A stretch of 64,000 bases of DNA from a bacterium (GTDB lineage Bacteria; Krumholzibacteriota; Krumholzibacteriia; LZORAL124-64-63): contig JAGRNP010000003.1 of assembly GCA_020440705.1 (NCBI GenBank), positions 10,076 through 74,075 on the forward strand, read 5' to 3'. Positions 51,543 to 62,823 of this stretch are shown in pieces. The first letter of the stretch is position 1. Each line of letters starts with the position of its first letter. A program made the position numbers and the translations under genes. A model generated the notes under the pieces. The model saw nothing but the letters and a program-made list of their open reading frames with translations, did not search any database and was not told the DNA's origin.

Positions 51543-53260
51543 TGCTGCAGCAACTTCGCGTGGGGAACCTCGCCCTGGTCGAGGAACTGGACCTGACCCT
51601 GGACACGGGGCTGACCATGCTCACCGGCGAGACCGGGGCCGGGAAGTCCCTCGTTGCCGGGGCCCTGGCGCTGCTGACCGGTGCGCGCGCGGAGCGGGAG
51701 CAGATCCGGGCCGGCGAAGAGCTCGCCTGGGTCGAAGGCGTCTTCGATCTGGGGGCGCGACCGGAGACCGCGGCGTGGCTGGCCGGGGTCGGCGTGCGGC
51801 TCGGTGGCGACGACGTCCTGGTGCTGCGCCGCGAACTGCGCCGCGAAGGGCGCGGCCGCGTGCTGATCAACGGGCTGGTCTCCTCGCTGGCCCTGCTCGA
51901 ACAGGTGGGCGGACGGCTGCTCGCCATCCAGAGCCAGGACCAGCAGCGGCTCCTGGCCCGTCCCCAGTTCGCCCTCGATTTCCTCGACGCCCGCCTCGGT
52001 CTGGAGGCGGAGCGCGCACGCCTGGCCGCGGCCCGGGACGCCTGGCGGGAATGCCGGGACGAATTGGCGCGGCGCCGGCGGGAAGAGGAGTTCGCCCGCC
52101 AGCAGTTCGAGATGTGGGAATATCAGCACCGGGAACTGGACGAGATGGACCTCGATCCCGTCGAGGAAGCCGACCTGGCCGAGAAGCTGGCTTTCGCGCG
52201 GAACGCTCGGGGGCTGCTCGAGGCCGCGGCGCGCGGTCTGGACGATCTGGACGCGGGCGAGGTGAACGCGCGCCTGCTTCTCGGGCGGGCCGAAGCGGCG
52301 TTGGCCGCCGTGGCCGACGCGAGCGGCAAGGTCGCGGCCCTGTGCGAGCTGGTGCGAGAGGCGGAGGCGGCCGCGGCCGAGGCCGCCCGTGGGCTCGAGC
52401 GCTTCCTGGACACCGCCGATCTCGACCCCGCGCGGGTCGATGAGATGGAGGAGCGGAAGGCCCGCTACGAGGAGCTGCGCCGCAAGTACGGCCGGGACGT
52501 GCCCGGCCTCGTGGCCCTGCACGAGAACCTGGGCGAACGCATCGCCCGGCAGCGCGAGGCCGACGGGGACATCGCTGCGCTCGAGGCGGCCGTGGCGGCG
52601 GCCCGGGACGAACTGGCGGCGGCGGCGGCCGAGCTGCGGTGGAAGAGGCGCGAAGGTGCGCCCGCCGTGGCGGCGCGGGCGGCGGAGCTGATCCGGCCCC
52701 TGGCCCTGCCCGAGCTGGAACTCGAGTTCCAGGTGACGCCGCGGGCCGGCGGGGTGGACGCCGTGGCGGTGGACGGTGTGCCGGCGGAGATCGGCGCCCA
52801 CGGCGCCGACGAGGTGCGGCTCCTGGCCCGGACGAACCGGGGCGAAGGGGCGGGAGAAGTGGCCCAAATCGCCTCGGGAGGCGAGAAGTCGCGCATCTTC
52901 CTGGGGCTGTCGGTGCTCGGGCGGGGCCAGGGCGAGGCGCCCCTCATGCTCTACGACGAGATCGACGCGGGTCTGGGCATGGACAACGCCATTCCCGTGG
53001 CCAGCCTGCTCGAGGAACTCGCCGGGGGCGGGCAGGTGGTCTGCATCACCCATCTGGCCACGGTGGCGGCCCGGGGCCGGCACCATCTGGCGGCCCGCAA
53101 GGCGGTGGTCGACGGGCGCACGGTGCTTTCCGTGGTGCCCCTCGGCGACGACGAACGCCTGGTCGAGATCGCCCGCCTGCTGGGAGGCGACGCGGCCACG
53201 GCCGGCGGCGCCGCCGACGAGCGCCGGGCCTACGCGCGGCAGCTCCTGGCGCGTGGCTGA
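51542..53260 (+). CDS. recN: DNA repair protein RecN
   Basis: Walker A GETGAGKS at N-terminus, long coiled coil, C-terminal signature/Walker B (LMLYDEIDAGLG); ATG overlaps nadK stop. Confidence 0.9.
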   Translation: MLQQLRVGNLALVEELDLTLDTGLTMLTGETGAGKSLVAGALALLTGARAEREQIRAGEELAWVEGVFDLGARPETAAWLAGVGVRLGGDDVLVLRRELRREGRGRVLINGLVSSLALLEQVGGRLLAIQSQDQQRLLARPQFALDFLDARLGLEAERARLAAARDAWRECRDELARRRREEEFARQQFEMWEYQHRELDEMDLDPVEEADLAEKLAFARNARGLLEAAARGLDDLDAGEVNARLLLGRAEAALAAVADASGKVAALCELVREAEAAAAEAARGLERFLDTADLDPARVDEMEERKARYEELRRKYGRDVPGLVALHENLGERIARQREADGDIAALEAAVAAARDELAAAAAELRWKRREGAPAVAARAAELIRPLALPELELEFQVTPRAGGVDAVAVDGVPAEIGAHGADEVRLLARTNRGEGAGEVAQIASGGEKSRIFLGLSVLGRGQGEAPLMLYDEIDAGLGMDNAIPVASLLEELAGGGQVVCITHLATVAARGRHHLAARKAVVDGRTVLSVVPLGDDERLVEIARLLGGDAATAGGAADERRAYARQLLARG

Positions 53261-53352
53261 GGCCCGCTTGTCGGGCTCCTCGCGCGGTGATATGTTATTT
53301 GACGCGGCGGGGTTCATGTCCCATACTTCCGCGTCGCGGAGCGATTTCTGGT

Positions 53353-53429
53353 GCGCCCGTAGCTCAGCTGGATAGAGCGTTTGCCTCCGGAGCAAAAGGC
53401 CACAGGTTCGAATCCTGTCGGGCGTACCA
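53353..53429 (+). tRNA. tRNA-Arg (CCG)
   Basis: GCGCCCGTAGCTCAGCTGGATAGAGCG... anticodon loop CTCCGGA (CCG) ...AGGTTCGAATCCTGTCGGGCGTACCA; very close to E. coli tRNA-Arg(CCG). Confidence 0.85.
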
Positions 53430-53493
53430 CCAGCCCCTCGACCCGCCTCCCGTCCCCGCTTCCGCCACAGGTCCGCAGCCGCTCGGAGGCCGT

Positions 53494-53688
53494 ATGACGT
53501 TGTTGCGCATTATTTTGCTGATCCTGGTGGTCGTGCTTGTGCGGCGCCTGTTCGCCACGTCGCGCGAGCGGTCCCGCCGGGACGGCGCGCAGACGCAGCG
53601 GCGTGCCGACGAACGCAGCCGGGAGCGATCTTACGGCGACCTGACCGACCAGGGGATCGACGATGCCGATTTCGAGGAAATCCCGTAG
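53494..53688 (+). CDS. Small hypothetical membrane protein (64 aa: one TM helix + acidic tail)
   Basis: GGAGG RBS 4 nt upstream of ATG; MTLLRIILLILVVVLVRRLF then R/E-rich tail; moderate GC3. Confidence 0.3.
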   Translation: MTLLRIILLILVVVLVRRLFATSRERSRRDGAQTQRRADERSRERSYGDLTDQGIDDADFEEIP

Positions 53689-54040
53689 GAAGTCCGAACT
53701 CTTCGAGTCGCGGTTCCGCAGCGGTGGCGGGGCGGATTTTCCGCTGCGCCAATACCTGCGTTGCCGCGAGGACTTCTCGTCGGGCCTCGTCCACGCCTTC
53801 CTGCTGCTGGCCTTCGCGGTGATGGTCGTCTTCTTCGCCCGGACGGTCGGCCAGCTCTTCGACAGCCACGGGGCCCACCTGAATCCCTGGCTGAAGCGGG
53901 GCGCCTTGGCCCTGGTGGCCCTCTTTGCCCTTTCGGTTCTGCGGCGTCTGTATTACAAAGTGCGGGACCTGGGGGAGATCCGGTCGGAAATGGCCCGCCT
54001 GCAGGCGGTTTTCCGCGACCGGGAAGTCGACGAAGATTAG
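53663..54040 (+). CDS. Hypothetical 2-TM membrane protein (125 aa)
   Basis: High GC3; two hydrophobic segments (LVHAFLLLAFAVMVVFFA, ALALVALFALSVL); overlaps previous small ORF by 26 nt. Confidence 0.4.
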   Translation: MPISRKSRRKSELFESRFRSGGGADFPLRQYLRCREDFSSGLVHAFLLLAFAVMVVFFARTVGQLFDSHGAHLNPWLKRGALALVALFALSVLRRLYYKVRDLGEIRSEMARLQAVFRDREVDED

Positions 54041-54149
54041 CTTTATACCCTTGCGGTATCGGCCGATACGAGAGATCGTGGCCGAAATGCGTGGCCGAGC
54101 GGCACCCTGTGCCCGGAACCGCACCTCCGAAACGAGAAAGAAGCGCGTG

Positions 54150-55448
54150 ATGCAAGACCTGATCAGCAAGCTCCAGAAGAAGGAAGCCCGGCTGGGTGTG
54201 CTCGGCCTGGGATACGTGGGACTGCCCCTGGCCGTGGGCTTCGCCAAGGCCGGTTTCCACGTGACGGGCTTCGACCTGGCCGAGGACAAGGTCGCCCAGG
54301 TGAACGCCGGCAAGAGCTACATCATCGACATCTCGGACGCCGAACTGGCGGAGGTCGTCGACGCCGGCCGCCTCGTGGCGACGACCGATTTCGGGCGCCT
54401 GGCCGACGTGGACAGCGTGAACATCTGCGTGCCGACCCCGCTGGGCAAGACCCGCGATCCGGACATCAGCTACATCCAGGCGGCGGTCGCGTCCATCGCC
54501 GCGTCCATGCACGCGGGCATGCTCATCATCCTCGAGAGCACCACCTATCCGGGCACGACCGAAGAGGTCATCCTGCCCCTGCTCGAGGAGAAGGGCTTCA
54601 CCGTGGGCGAGGACTTCTTCCTCGCCTTCTCGCCCGAGCGGGTCGACCCGGGCAATCCGACCTTCAACACGATCAACATCCCGAAGGTCGTCGGCGGCGT
54701 GACGCCGGCCTGCACCGAGGTGGCGCAGAATCTCTACGGCCAGGTGATGAACACGGTCGTGCCGGTGTCGTCGGTGCGCGTGGCCGAGACGGTCAAGCTG
54801 CTCGAGAACACCTTCCGCAGCGTCAACATCGGCCTGGTGAACGAGATCGCCCTGATGTGCGACGCCATGGACATCGACGTCTGGGAGGTCATCGACGGGG
54901 CGGCGACCAAGCCCTTCGGCTTCATGCCGTTCTTCCCGGGGCCCGGCCTCGGCGGCCACTGCATTCCCATCGACCCGTTCTACCTGAGCTGGAAGGCCAA
55001 GCAGGCGGGCCAGGAGGCGCGCTTCATCGAACTGGCGGGCCAGGTCAACGGGGCGATGCCCAAGCACGTCGTGCGCCTCGTGACCGACGGACTCAACGGC
55101 GTCCGCAAGGCCGTCAACGGCAGCCGGATCCTCATCGTCGGCGTGGCCTACAAGCCGGGCATCGACGACATGCGCGAGTCGCCGGCGCTGGACATCATCG
55201 AACTGCTGGCCGAGCGGGGCGCCGAGGTGTCCTGGTTCGATCCCCACGTCCCGGCCCTGCCCGGCGCGATCCAGGCCCGGAAGATCACGGCCCTCGATGC
55301 GGGCGTGGTCGACGGCTTCGATGCTGCGGTCATCGTGACGCCGCACCGCAGCGTGGACCACACGGTCCTGCTGGACCGCAAGGCGGTGGTGGTCGACACG
55401 CGGAACGCCCTGAAGGGTCACCGGGCCGGGAACCTGATCAAGCTCTAG
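54150..55448 (+). CDS. UDP-N-acetyl-hexosamine (nucleotide-sugar) 6-dehydrogenase, WecC/TviB/WbpO family
   Basis: 432 aa; N-terminal NAD-binding LGVLGLGYVGLPLAV, catalytic Cys region GGHCIPIDP; ATG 54150 inside longer listed ORF. Confidence 0.85.
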   Translation: MQDLISKLQKKEARLGVLGLGYVGLPLAVGFAKAGFHVTGFDLAEDKVAQVNAGKSYIIDISDAELAEVVDAGRLVATTDFGRLADVDSVNICVPTPLGKTRDPDISYIQAAVASIAASMHAGMLIILESTTYPGTTEEVILPLLEEKGFTVGEDFFLAFSPERVDPGNPTFNTINIPKVVGGVTPACTEVAQNLYGQVMNTVVPVSSVRVAETVKLLENTFRSVNIGLVNEIALMCDAMDIDVWEVIDGAATKPFGFMPFFPGPGLGGHCIPIDPFYLSWKAKQAGQEARFIELAGQVNGAMPKHVVRLVTDGLNGVRKAVNGSRILIVGVAYKPGIDDMRESPALDIIELLAERGAEVSWFDPHVPALPGAIQARKITALDAGVVDGFDAAVIVTPHRSVDHTVLLDRKAVVVDTRNALKGHRAGNLIKL

Positions 55449-55472
55449 CCTTGCTGGGGGAGGAGATCCGTC

Positions 55473-56420
55473 GTGAGCAAGTACCTCGTCACCGGTGGGG
55501 CCGGCTTCATCGGCTCGCACCTGACGCGCCACCTCGTGGCCGCAGGGCACGACGTGACGGTGCTCGACAACCTGGTCACCGGACGCCGGGAGAACCTGGC
55601 CGACGTGATGGACCGGATCCGTTTCGTCGAGGGCAGCATCACCGACGAGGAGACCGTGCGGGACTGCTGCCGCGGGGTCGACTGCGTGTTCCACCAGGCC
55701 GCCCTGCCGAGCGTGCCGCGCAGCGTGGCCGATCCGGTCACGAGCGACTTCAACAACGTCGGCGGGACCCTGAAGGTGTTCTGGCACGCCCACCGGGAAG
55801 GTGTGCGCCGGGTGGTGTACGCCGCGAGCAGCAGCGTCTACGGCAACACCGCCGAACTGCCCAAGCACGAGGGGATGGTGCCCAATCCCCTGTCGCCCTA
55901 CGCCATCAACAAGCGCGTGGGCGAGATGTACGGGGCGGTGTTCAACGACCTCTACGGCCTGAGCACCATCGGGCTGCGCTACTTCAACGTCTTCGGCCCT
56001 TGGCAGGACCCGAACAGCCAGTACGCGGCGGTGGTGCCCAAGTTCATCACGGCGTTCCTGGCGGGAGAGGCGCCGGTCATCCACGGCGACGGACTGCAGT
56101 CGCGCGATTTCACCTACGTGGACAACGTGGTCGCGGCGAACGTGGCGGCGTGCGGCGCCGACGACGAGGCCGGCGGGCGGTCGTACAACGTGGCCCTCGG
56201 CGGCCGCATCACGGTGAAGGACCTGTGCCTGCGGATCCGCGAGCTCGTCGGGTCGGACATCGAGCCCCAGCACGAGGAGAGTCGCGCCGGCGACGTGAAG
56301 CATTCGCAGGCGTCGGTGGAACTCGCCCGGCGTCATCTCGGTTACGAGGGCCGCATCGACCTGGACGAGGGACTGCGGCGGACCGTCGCCTGGTACCGGG
56401 ACCGGGCCGGGACCCGGTGA
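55473..56420 (+). CDS. NAD-dependent nucleotide-sugar 4-epimerase (TviC/WbpP-like)
   Basis: YLVTGGAGFIGSHL Rossmann, catalytic YAINKRVGE (YxxxK); 315 aa; paired with upstream dehydrogenase as in TviB/TviC. Confidence 0.85.
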   Translation: MSKYLVTGGAGFIGSHLTRHLVAAGHDVTVLDNLVTGRRENLADVMDRIRFVEGSITDEETVRDCCRGVDCVFHQAALPSVPRSVADPVTSDFNNVGGTLKVFWHAHREGVRRVVYAASSSVYGNTAELPKHEGMVPNPLSPYAINKRVGEMYGAVFNDLYGLSTIGLRYFNVFGPWQDPNSQYAAVVPKFITAFLAGEAPVIHGDGLQSRDFTYVDNVVAANVAACGADDEAGGRSYNVALGGRITVKDLCLRIRELVGSDIEPQHEESRAGDVKHSQASVELARRHLGYEGRIDLDEGLRRTVAWYRDRAGTR

Positions 56421-56424
56421 GAGG

Positions 56425-57420
56425 ATGAATCCCATGCAGCATCGTCGGAAAACGCGGCTCCACATGCAGCCGCAGCGCCTGGTCGGCTGGATCGCCCTGG
56501 CCATGATGATCGCCCAGCCCGGCCTGGCCGTGGCCCAGACGGCCGGCGGCGACGGCGGCACGCTGAAGCCGGGTGACGAGATCAGCATCTCGGTGCCGGG
56601 CCGGCCCGAGCTCAGCCAGCAGTTCACCCTGAACGCCGAGGGCGCCGTGGAGATCTCCCCGGTGGGCGCCGTGCAGTTGGGCGGGCTCACCCAGAAGGAG
56701 GCGCAGGTCCTCCTGAAGCAGCGGCTGCGCCTGTTCTACCCGACCCTCGACACGGTCGAGATCAAGGTCGCCCACAGCGGTTCGGTGCGCATCTACATCC
56801 TCGGCGGAGTGAGTCAGCGGGGGGTGTTGAACTTCGCCTCGGATCCGACGATCTGGGAAGTGCTGCGCATGGTCGGCGGCCCGATGGAGAACGCCGATCT
56901 GGCCGGCGCGCGGGTGATCCGGCAGACGGGCAAGGAGCCCGAGGTGCACGAACTCGATCTGTCGGGTGTGCTCGAGGGAACGAAGTTCGTCGACTTCGAG
57001 CTGCGCGACGGCGACACGCTGGTGATCCCGATCCTCCAGAAGGGCGTCCCGGGAACCGCCGCGGACAAGGGCGTCAAGGTCTTCGGCAGCGTGGGACTGC
57101 CCACGGTGGTGCCCATCTCCGAAGGGACGCCCATGCTCGACGTGCTGATGCGGGCGGGCGCTCCCACCGAGAACGCCAAGAAGAGCGAGATCAACTGGGT
57201 GCACGACACCGGGGTGCGGATCGAGGCGAAGAAGGTCGACCTGGAGGCGTTCCTGCAGATGGGCGATCCGGCCGGCAATCCCCTCGTCTACCCGGGCGAC
57301 ACGCTGCACGTGGAATTCCAGAAGCCGAGCTGGTTCAAGACCAATCTGGCCTTCGTCCTGGGCACCCTCGCGGCCGTGGCGACGATCGCCCTGACGTACT
57401 ACACCATCAAGAACGACTAG
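56425..57420 (+). CDS. Polysaccharide export protein (Wza-like, Poly_export + SLBB domains)
   Basis: Signal peptide, Poly_export motif LKPGDEISISVPGRPELSQQFTLNAEGAVEISPVGAVQLGGLTQKEA, two SLBB-like repeats, C-terminal TM helix. Confidence 0.75.
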   Translation: MNPMQHRRKTRLHMQPQRLVGWIALAMMIAQPGLAVAQTAGGDGGTLKPGDEISISVPGRPELSQQFTLNAEGAVEISPVGAVQLGGLTQKEAQVLLKQRLRLFYPTLDTVEIKVAHSGSVRIYILGGVSQRGVLNFASDPTIWEVLRMVGGPMENADLAGARVIRQTGKEPEVHELDLSGVLEGTKFVDFELRDGDTLVIPILQKGVPGTAADKGVKVFGSVGLPTVVPISEGTPMLDVLMRAGAPTENAKKSEINWVHDTGVRIEAKKVDLEAFLQMGDPAGNPLVYPGDTLHVEFQKPSWFKTNLAFVLGTLAAVATIALTYYTIKND

Positions 57421-57428
57421 ACCCGGAA

Positions 57429-58484
57429 TCAGCCGCCGGTTCCCGGCGCGCCGTTCCGGCCATCCGCAGGGCCCGCTTCGTCAGAGGCGGGCCCGCGTGC
57501 GTCCGGCCCCAGGAAGAGGTGGCGGCTGACGAGGATGACGAGGCCGCCGACCACCACGGCGAGCCACAGGGTGAAGAGCCGCACGAGGAGGGCCGCCGAA
57601 CCGGCGGCCTCGCGTGGGATGTCCAGGCTCTCGAGCAGCCAGATGATGGTGGCCTCGGTGCCGCCGAGTCCGCCGGGCAGGAACGACAGGGAACCGACGA
57701 GGGTGCCGGCGGCGTAGACGAAGGCGGCCTGCAGCCAGGGGACGGCGGCGTCGAGTCCGCGGCAGACGATGCCGAGCCCGGCGCACTCGGCGCCCCAGGC
57801 GAGCAGCGAAAGGACCAGGGCCGCCGAACCGCAGCGCGCGCCGAGCAGGGTGCCCAGCGCGACGGCAGCCTCGTCGACCGCCAGCTGACGGCGACCGAGG
57901 AGGGGAGAGGCCGCCATGCGGGCCAGCAGGCGTTCGCGCACGGGGCGCCACTGGCAGAGGGCCACGAGGACGGGGATCCCGGCGGCGGCGAGCAGGCCCG
58001 AGGTCAGGCCGGTCAGCGGACCGGGCCAGGCGACCAGGGCCACCGCCGCGATGACCAGGACCGCCACGAAGTCGGCGATCCGCTCGGCGAGAACCACGGG
58101 GAGGCCCCGGGCGAGGGTGACCCCGTACCGTTCCCGCAGGACACCGGCCTTGAAGACCTCGCCGATCTTGCCCGGCGTGATGACCATGACGAAGGTCGCG
58201 AAGAAGAGCCCGAGACTCTCCCGGCGCGGCAGGCGCACGTCGACCGCGCGCAGGAAGATCTCCCAGCGCCAGTAGCGCAGGACATAGTTCAGGAGGGAGA
58301 GGCCGGCCAGGGGAGGCAGCCAGGCCGCGGGAAAGCGCCCCAGGCGCTCCCGGAGGTCGTCCCAGCCGACGAAGACGGCCACGGCGCCGTAAATCACCAC
58401 CGAGAGGGCGACGACGGCGAAGGTCCGGGACAGGAGTGTTCGCGACTTTTGCATGAAGAGCCTGTTCATCTTTCTGGAGATCAA
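57429..58484 (-). CDS. Flippase-like membrane protein (lysylphosphatidylglycerol-synthase TM-region family, UPF0104)
   Basis: About 8 TM helices, motif FFATFVMVITPGKIGEVFKAGVL; start may be internal Met. Confidence 0.7.
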   Translation of the reverse strand: MISRKMNRLFMQKSRTLLSRTFAVVALSVVIYGAVAVFVGWDDLRERLGRFPAAWLPPLAGLSLLNYVLRYWRWEIFLRAVDVRLPRRESLGLFFATFVMVITPGKIGEVFKAGVLRERYGVTLARGLPVVLAERIADFVAVLVIAAVALVAWPGPLTGLTSGLLAAAGIPVLVALCQWRPVRERLLARMAASPLLGRRQLAVDEAAVALGTLLGARCGSAALVLSLLAWGAECAGLGIVCRGLDAAVPWLQAAFVYAAGTLVGSLSFLPGGLGGTEATIIWLLESLDIPREAAGSAALLVRLFTLWLAVVVGGLVILVSRHLFLGPDARGPASDEAGPADGRNGAPGTGG

Positions 58485-58787
58485 CAGCAGAACACATCAA
58501 AAAATAGTGCCATGCCTCGTCAGTGTGCCCTGACGGCTAAGGATTAGCAATCAATAATTTTGGCAACGTTGACCACCCAAATGTTAGCGCACCATGAGAT
58601 CTTTCAAAAAGGAAAAAATGGGGTTGCATAACGCGTACGAATCGGGTACACTTTGATCTCAAACCAGACTCTGGCCTGGTTATGGGGAACCGGGTTTGGG
58701 GACAACTAAAGATCACTGCACCTGCTGCTGTTCTGGGTGCCGGGGTGAGAGCCCGGCGGAGGGATCGGCTTCGGACGAAGCCATAGG

Positions 58788-59600
58788 GTGAACGAGATGG
58801 ATACGAAGATCTTCACCGACAAAGAGTTCGGTCGCGCAGAGGCTCCCGGGGCGAAAGCCGGCTCGGGTCCGATCGACGTCGCGGAGCCCGTGACGTCGGC
58901 TGTCGGCGAGAACCCGGCCGAGGCGCCGGCCCCCGTGGCCCTGGCGCTGCCCGGCGCGGGCTACCTCGTGGCCAAGCGCGTCTTCGACGTGGCGGTTTCG
59001 CTGGGGGCGCTGGCCGTGTTCGGCCTGGCGCTGCCCGTGCTCGCCCTCATCATCAAGCTGGACTCGCCGGGCGCGGTGTTCTTCAGCCAGGAGCGGGTGG
59101 GCGTGAACCGCCGGCGCTCGCGGGGCGGCTACACCGGCGACGAGCGCCGCAAGGTCCTGCAGCCGGGGCGTCCGTTCAAGGTGCTCAAGCTGCGCACCAT
59201 GGGCGTCAACGCCGAGGCGAACGGCCCGCAGTGGGCGGCCAAGAACGATGTGCGCGTCACCCGCGTGGGCAAGTTCCTGCGCAAGACGCGCCTCGACGAG
59301 GTGCCGCAGTTCCTGAACGTCCTGCGGGGCGAGATGAGCCTGATCGGTCCGCGTCCGGAGCGCCTGGTCTTCGTGCGGCAGCTCGAGAAGGAGATTCCCC
59401 GCTACCACGAGCGCCTGCTCGTGCTGCCGGGCATCACCGGGCTGGCCCAGGTGATCAACGGCTACGACGACGGCATCGAGTCGGTCCGGCGGAAGGTCGA
59501 GCTCGACCGCCAGTACATCAAGAAGGCGGGCTTCCTCCAGGACGGCAAGATCCTGCTGAACACGGTCGGCGTGGTGCTCAAAGGGGAGGGAGCGCGCTAG
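58788..59600 (+). CDS. Exopolysaccharide priming polyprenyl-phosphate sugar transferase (Bac_transf, EpsB/WbaP C-terminal type)
   Basis: TM helix VAVSLGALAVFGLALPVLALII then KLRTM ... LDEVPQFLNVLRGEMSLIGPRP ... GITGLAQVNG motifs. Confidence 0.8.
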   Translation: MNEMDTKIFTDKEFGRAEAPGAKAGSGPIDVAEPVTSAVGENPAEAPAPVALALPGAGYLVAKRVFDVAVSLGALAVFGLALPVLALIIKLDSPGAVFFSQERVGVNRRRSRGGYTGDERRKVLQPGRPFKVLKLRTMGVNAEANGPQWAAKNDVRVTRVGKFLRKTRLDEVPQFLNVLRGEMSLIGPRPERLVFVRQLEKEIPRYHERLLVLPGITGLAQVINGYDDGIESVRRKVELDRQYIKKAGFLQDGKILLNTVGVVLKGEGAR

Positions 59601-59623
59601 TCCGCCCGCAGCAGTTCCGAACG

Positions 59624-59654
59624 GCGGCCCCCCCGGTGGGGGCCGCTTTTTTTT
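59624..59654 (+). terminator. Rho-independent terminator after sugar transferase
   Basis: GGCGGCCCCCCCGGTGGGGGCCGC hairpin followed by TTTTTTTT. Confidence 0.85.
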
Positions 59655-59807
59655 GCCGTCGACGGGGCGGTGCCGACGTCGCGACTTGCCTCCCGCCGAT
59701 GCGCCATGCATAATCCCCGCCATGGCCGCCGACGCCGGCGGACCCGTGCCCGACCACCATCGCGTCCACTGTTCCATCCGTTCCGCAGCCGAGGATTCCG
59801 TCCACCC

Positions 59808-61207
<1,400 letters not shown>

Positions 61208-61211
<4 letters not shown>

Positions 61212-61732
61212 ACATCGTGGCACGCGGCCGGGGCGCGGTCCTGGCCGCCGGCTTGAGCCTGGTCGTGATCTCGGTCGGCGGGGGCTGCGGCGTGTACTCG
61301 GCCAGCAGCGGGCGGGTCGACGACTCGTTGCAGCGCATCGCCATCACCTACCTAGAGAACATGACGGCGGAGCCCGATCTCGGGGTCGAGATGTCGGAGC
61401 GGATCACCGAGGCCGTGCAGCTCGACAACACGCTCAAGGTGGTCGACGAGTCGGACGCCGACACCATCCTGACGGGCAAGGTGATGCGGTACCAGCTGCG
61501 CGAACTGGCCGCGCGCCAGGACCTGACCGTCACCGAATACCAGGTCCAGATCGCGGTGGCGCTGACCCTGACGCGGCGCGCCACGGGCGAGACCATCTTC
61601 GAGAACAAGCGCTTCACGGGCACCGGCAACTACCTGCTCAACGACACCTCGGTCACCGAGGAGGACGCGCGGTCGGAGGCGGCGACCGAAATCGTGCGCG
61701 ACATCCTGGCGCAGGTCGTGGAGGACTGGTAG
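61208..61732 (+). CDS. LptE-like LPS-assembly lipoprotein (tentative)
   Basis: Lipoprotein signal with Cys (VISVGGGCG), 174 aa; placed directly upstream of holA as in the conserved lptE-holA arrangement; weak sequence pattern match only. Confidence 0.45.
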
Positions 61733-62775
61733 TGGGGTACCGGAAGGGCAGAAGCGGCGGGCAGGGCTTCCAGGAACTCGTCAACGAGGACCTCAAGAAG
61801 AAGGTCTACCGCCCGGTTTACGTCCTCGCGGGCGAGGACACCCACCGCATGGAGGGCGTCATCGAGAAGATGCGCAAGGACGCCCTCGGTGACAACGGCT
61901 CCGTGTTCAACTACCACGTCCTGCAGGGAGACCAGGTCGACGTGGGCCGCATCCTGCAGCAGGCCCTGGCGCTGCCCATGCTCGGGTCGGTCCAGCTGAT
62001 CTGGGTCAAGAACGCCGACCGCTGCCTCGGCGACAAGGACAGCCAGGACGCGCTGGAGAGGTACATCGTCAAACCGGTGCCCGAGACCATCCTCGTGCTC
62101 ACCTCCGAGAAGGTCGACAAGCGCAAGAAGTGGGTCAAGACCTGCCAGCAGGCCGGCTATCTCTTCGACTTCGCCCCGCCCACCGGTGACGCGCTGGTGC
62201 AGTGGTGCCTGAAGGCGGCCGAACAGGAGAGCCTGCCGCTCACCCGCGAGCAGGCGGCCCTGCTGTGCGATCTGGTGGGCAGCGACCTGCTCAGCCTCAA
62301 GGGCGAAATCAGCAAGCTCGCCCTGCTGGCCGAGGACCGCGGAGGCGCCCTGAGCACCGAGGAACTCAACCGGGTGATCATGGACCAGGCCGCCCTCGAG
62401 GGCTACGAGATCACCAACGCCCTCGGGCCGGGTCGGGCCGGGCAGGTGCTGCACACGTGGTTCCGGCTGGCCGAATGGGGGAGATCGGCCTACGAGATCG
62501 CCCCCCTGCTCGTCTCGCGGGTGCGCAAGGGGCAGATCCTGGCCGCCGGTCGGCAGGACGGGCTCGCGGACAACGACATCGCCGTCCTGTCGGGCCAGAA
62601 TCCGTTCGCCCTGAAGTTCCTGACGCCCATGACGCGGGCCATGGGCGCCGCCGGCCTGTCGCGCAGCCTGCGCGCGGCGTTGGCCTGTGAGCGGCGCCTG
62701 AAGGGTTCGCCATTGAAACCGGATATCGTTATCGAAAAACTGATCCTGGATCTGTGCGAGGACCGTGACGAGTAG
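61732..62775 (+). CDS. holA: DNA polymerase III delta subunit
   Basis: GTG overlapping upstream TAG; VYVLAGEDTHRMEGVIEKMR N-terminus, 347 aa clamp-loader delta fold pattern. Confidence 0.8.
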   Translation: MGYRKGRSGGQGFQELVNEDLKKKVYRPVYVLAGEDTHRMEGVIEKMRKDALGDNGSVFNYHVLQGDQVDVGRILQQALALPMLGSVQLIWVKNADRCLGDKDSQDALERYIVKPVPETILVLTSEKVDKRKKWVKTCQQAGYLFDFAPPTGDALVQWCLKAAEQESLPLTREQAALLCDLVGSDLLSLKGEISKLALLAEDRGGALSTEELNRVIMDQAALEGYEITNALGPGRAGQVLHTWFRLAEWGRSAYEIAPLLVSRVRKGQILAAGRQDGLADNDIAVLSGQNPFALKFLTPMTRAMGAAGLSRSLRAALACERRLKGSPLKPDIVIEKLILDLCEDRDE

Positions 62776-62823
62776 TCGATGTCCGCGTCGCCGCCACCGG
62801 GACGACCGAAAGGAAACCGCCTC

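Noticed and set aside
53261-53352. Inverted repeat GACGCGG-N21-CCGCGTC upstream of tRNA-Arg
   Set aside because: It is likely part of the tRNA promoter/discriminator region and is not distinctive enough to call as a regulatory site.
53631-56690. 1019-aa minus-strand ORF, with many others of 500-950 aa (642..2258, 2534..3778, 3775..4989, 5546..6556, 7086..8813, 8305..10599, 11664..13874, 15019..16623, 17433..19805, 32925..34853, 36412..38769, 41241..43760, 44676..47525, 48568..50616, 51476..53395, 58713..61223, 61630..63255)
   Set aside because: All lie antisense to well-supported conserved genes (dnaK, thrS, pheT, dxs, recN, sucCD, fab genes etc.). They are Arg/Gly/Pro/Ala-rich with no motifs, the expected stop-codon-poor shadow frames of a 68% GC genome.
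58540-58575. Sigma-54-like promoter on minus strand upstream of flippase-like gene (revcomp TGGCAC-TATTT-TTTGA)
   Set aside because: The -24 element is perfect, but the -12 position is TG/GA rather than the invariant GC at the required spacing, so this is a near-miss only. It is kept as a note under the EPS-locus finding, not called as a feature.
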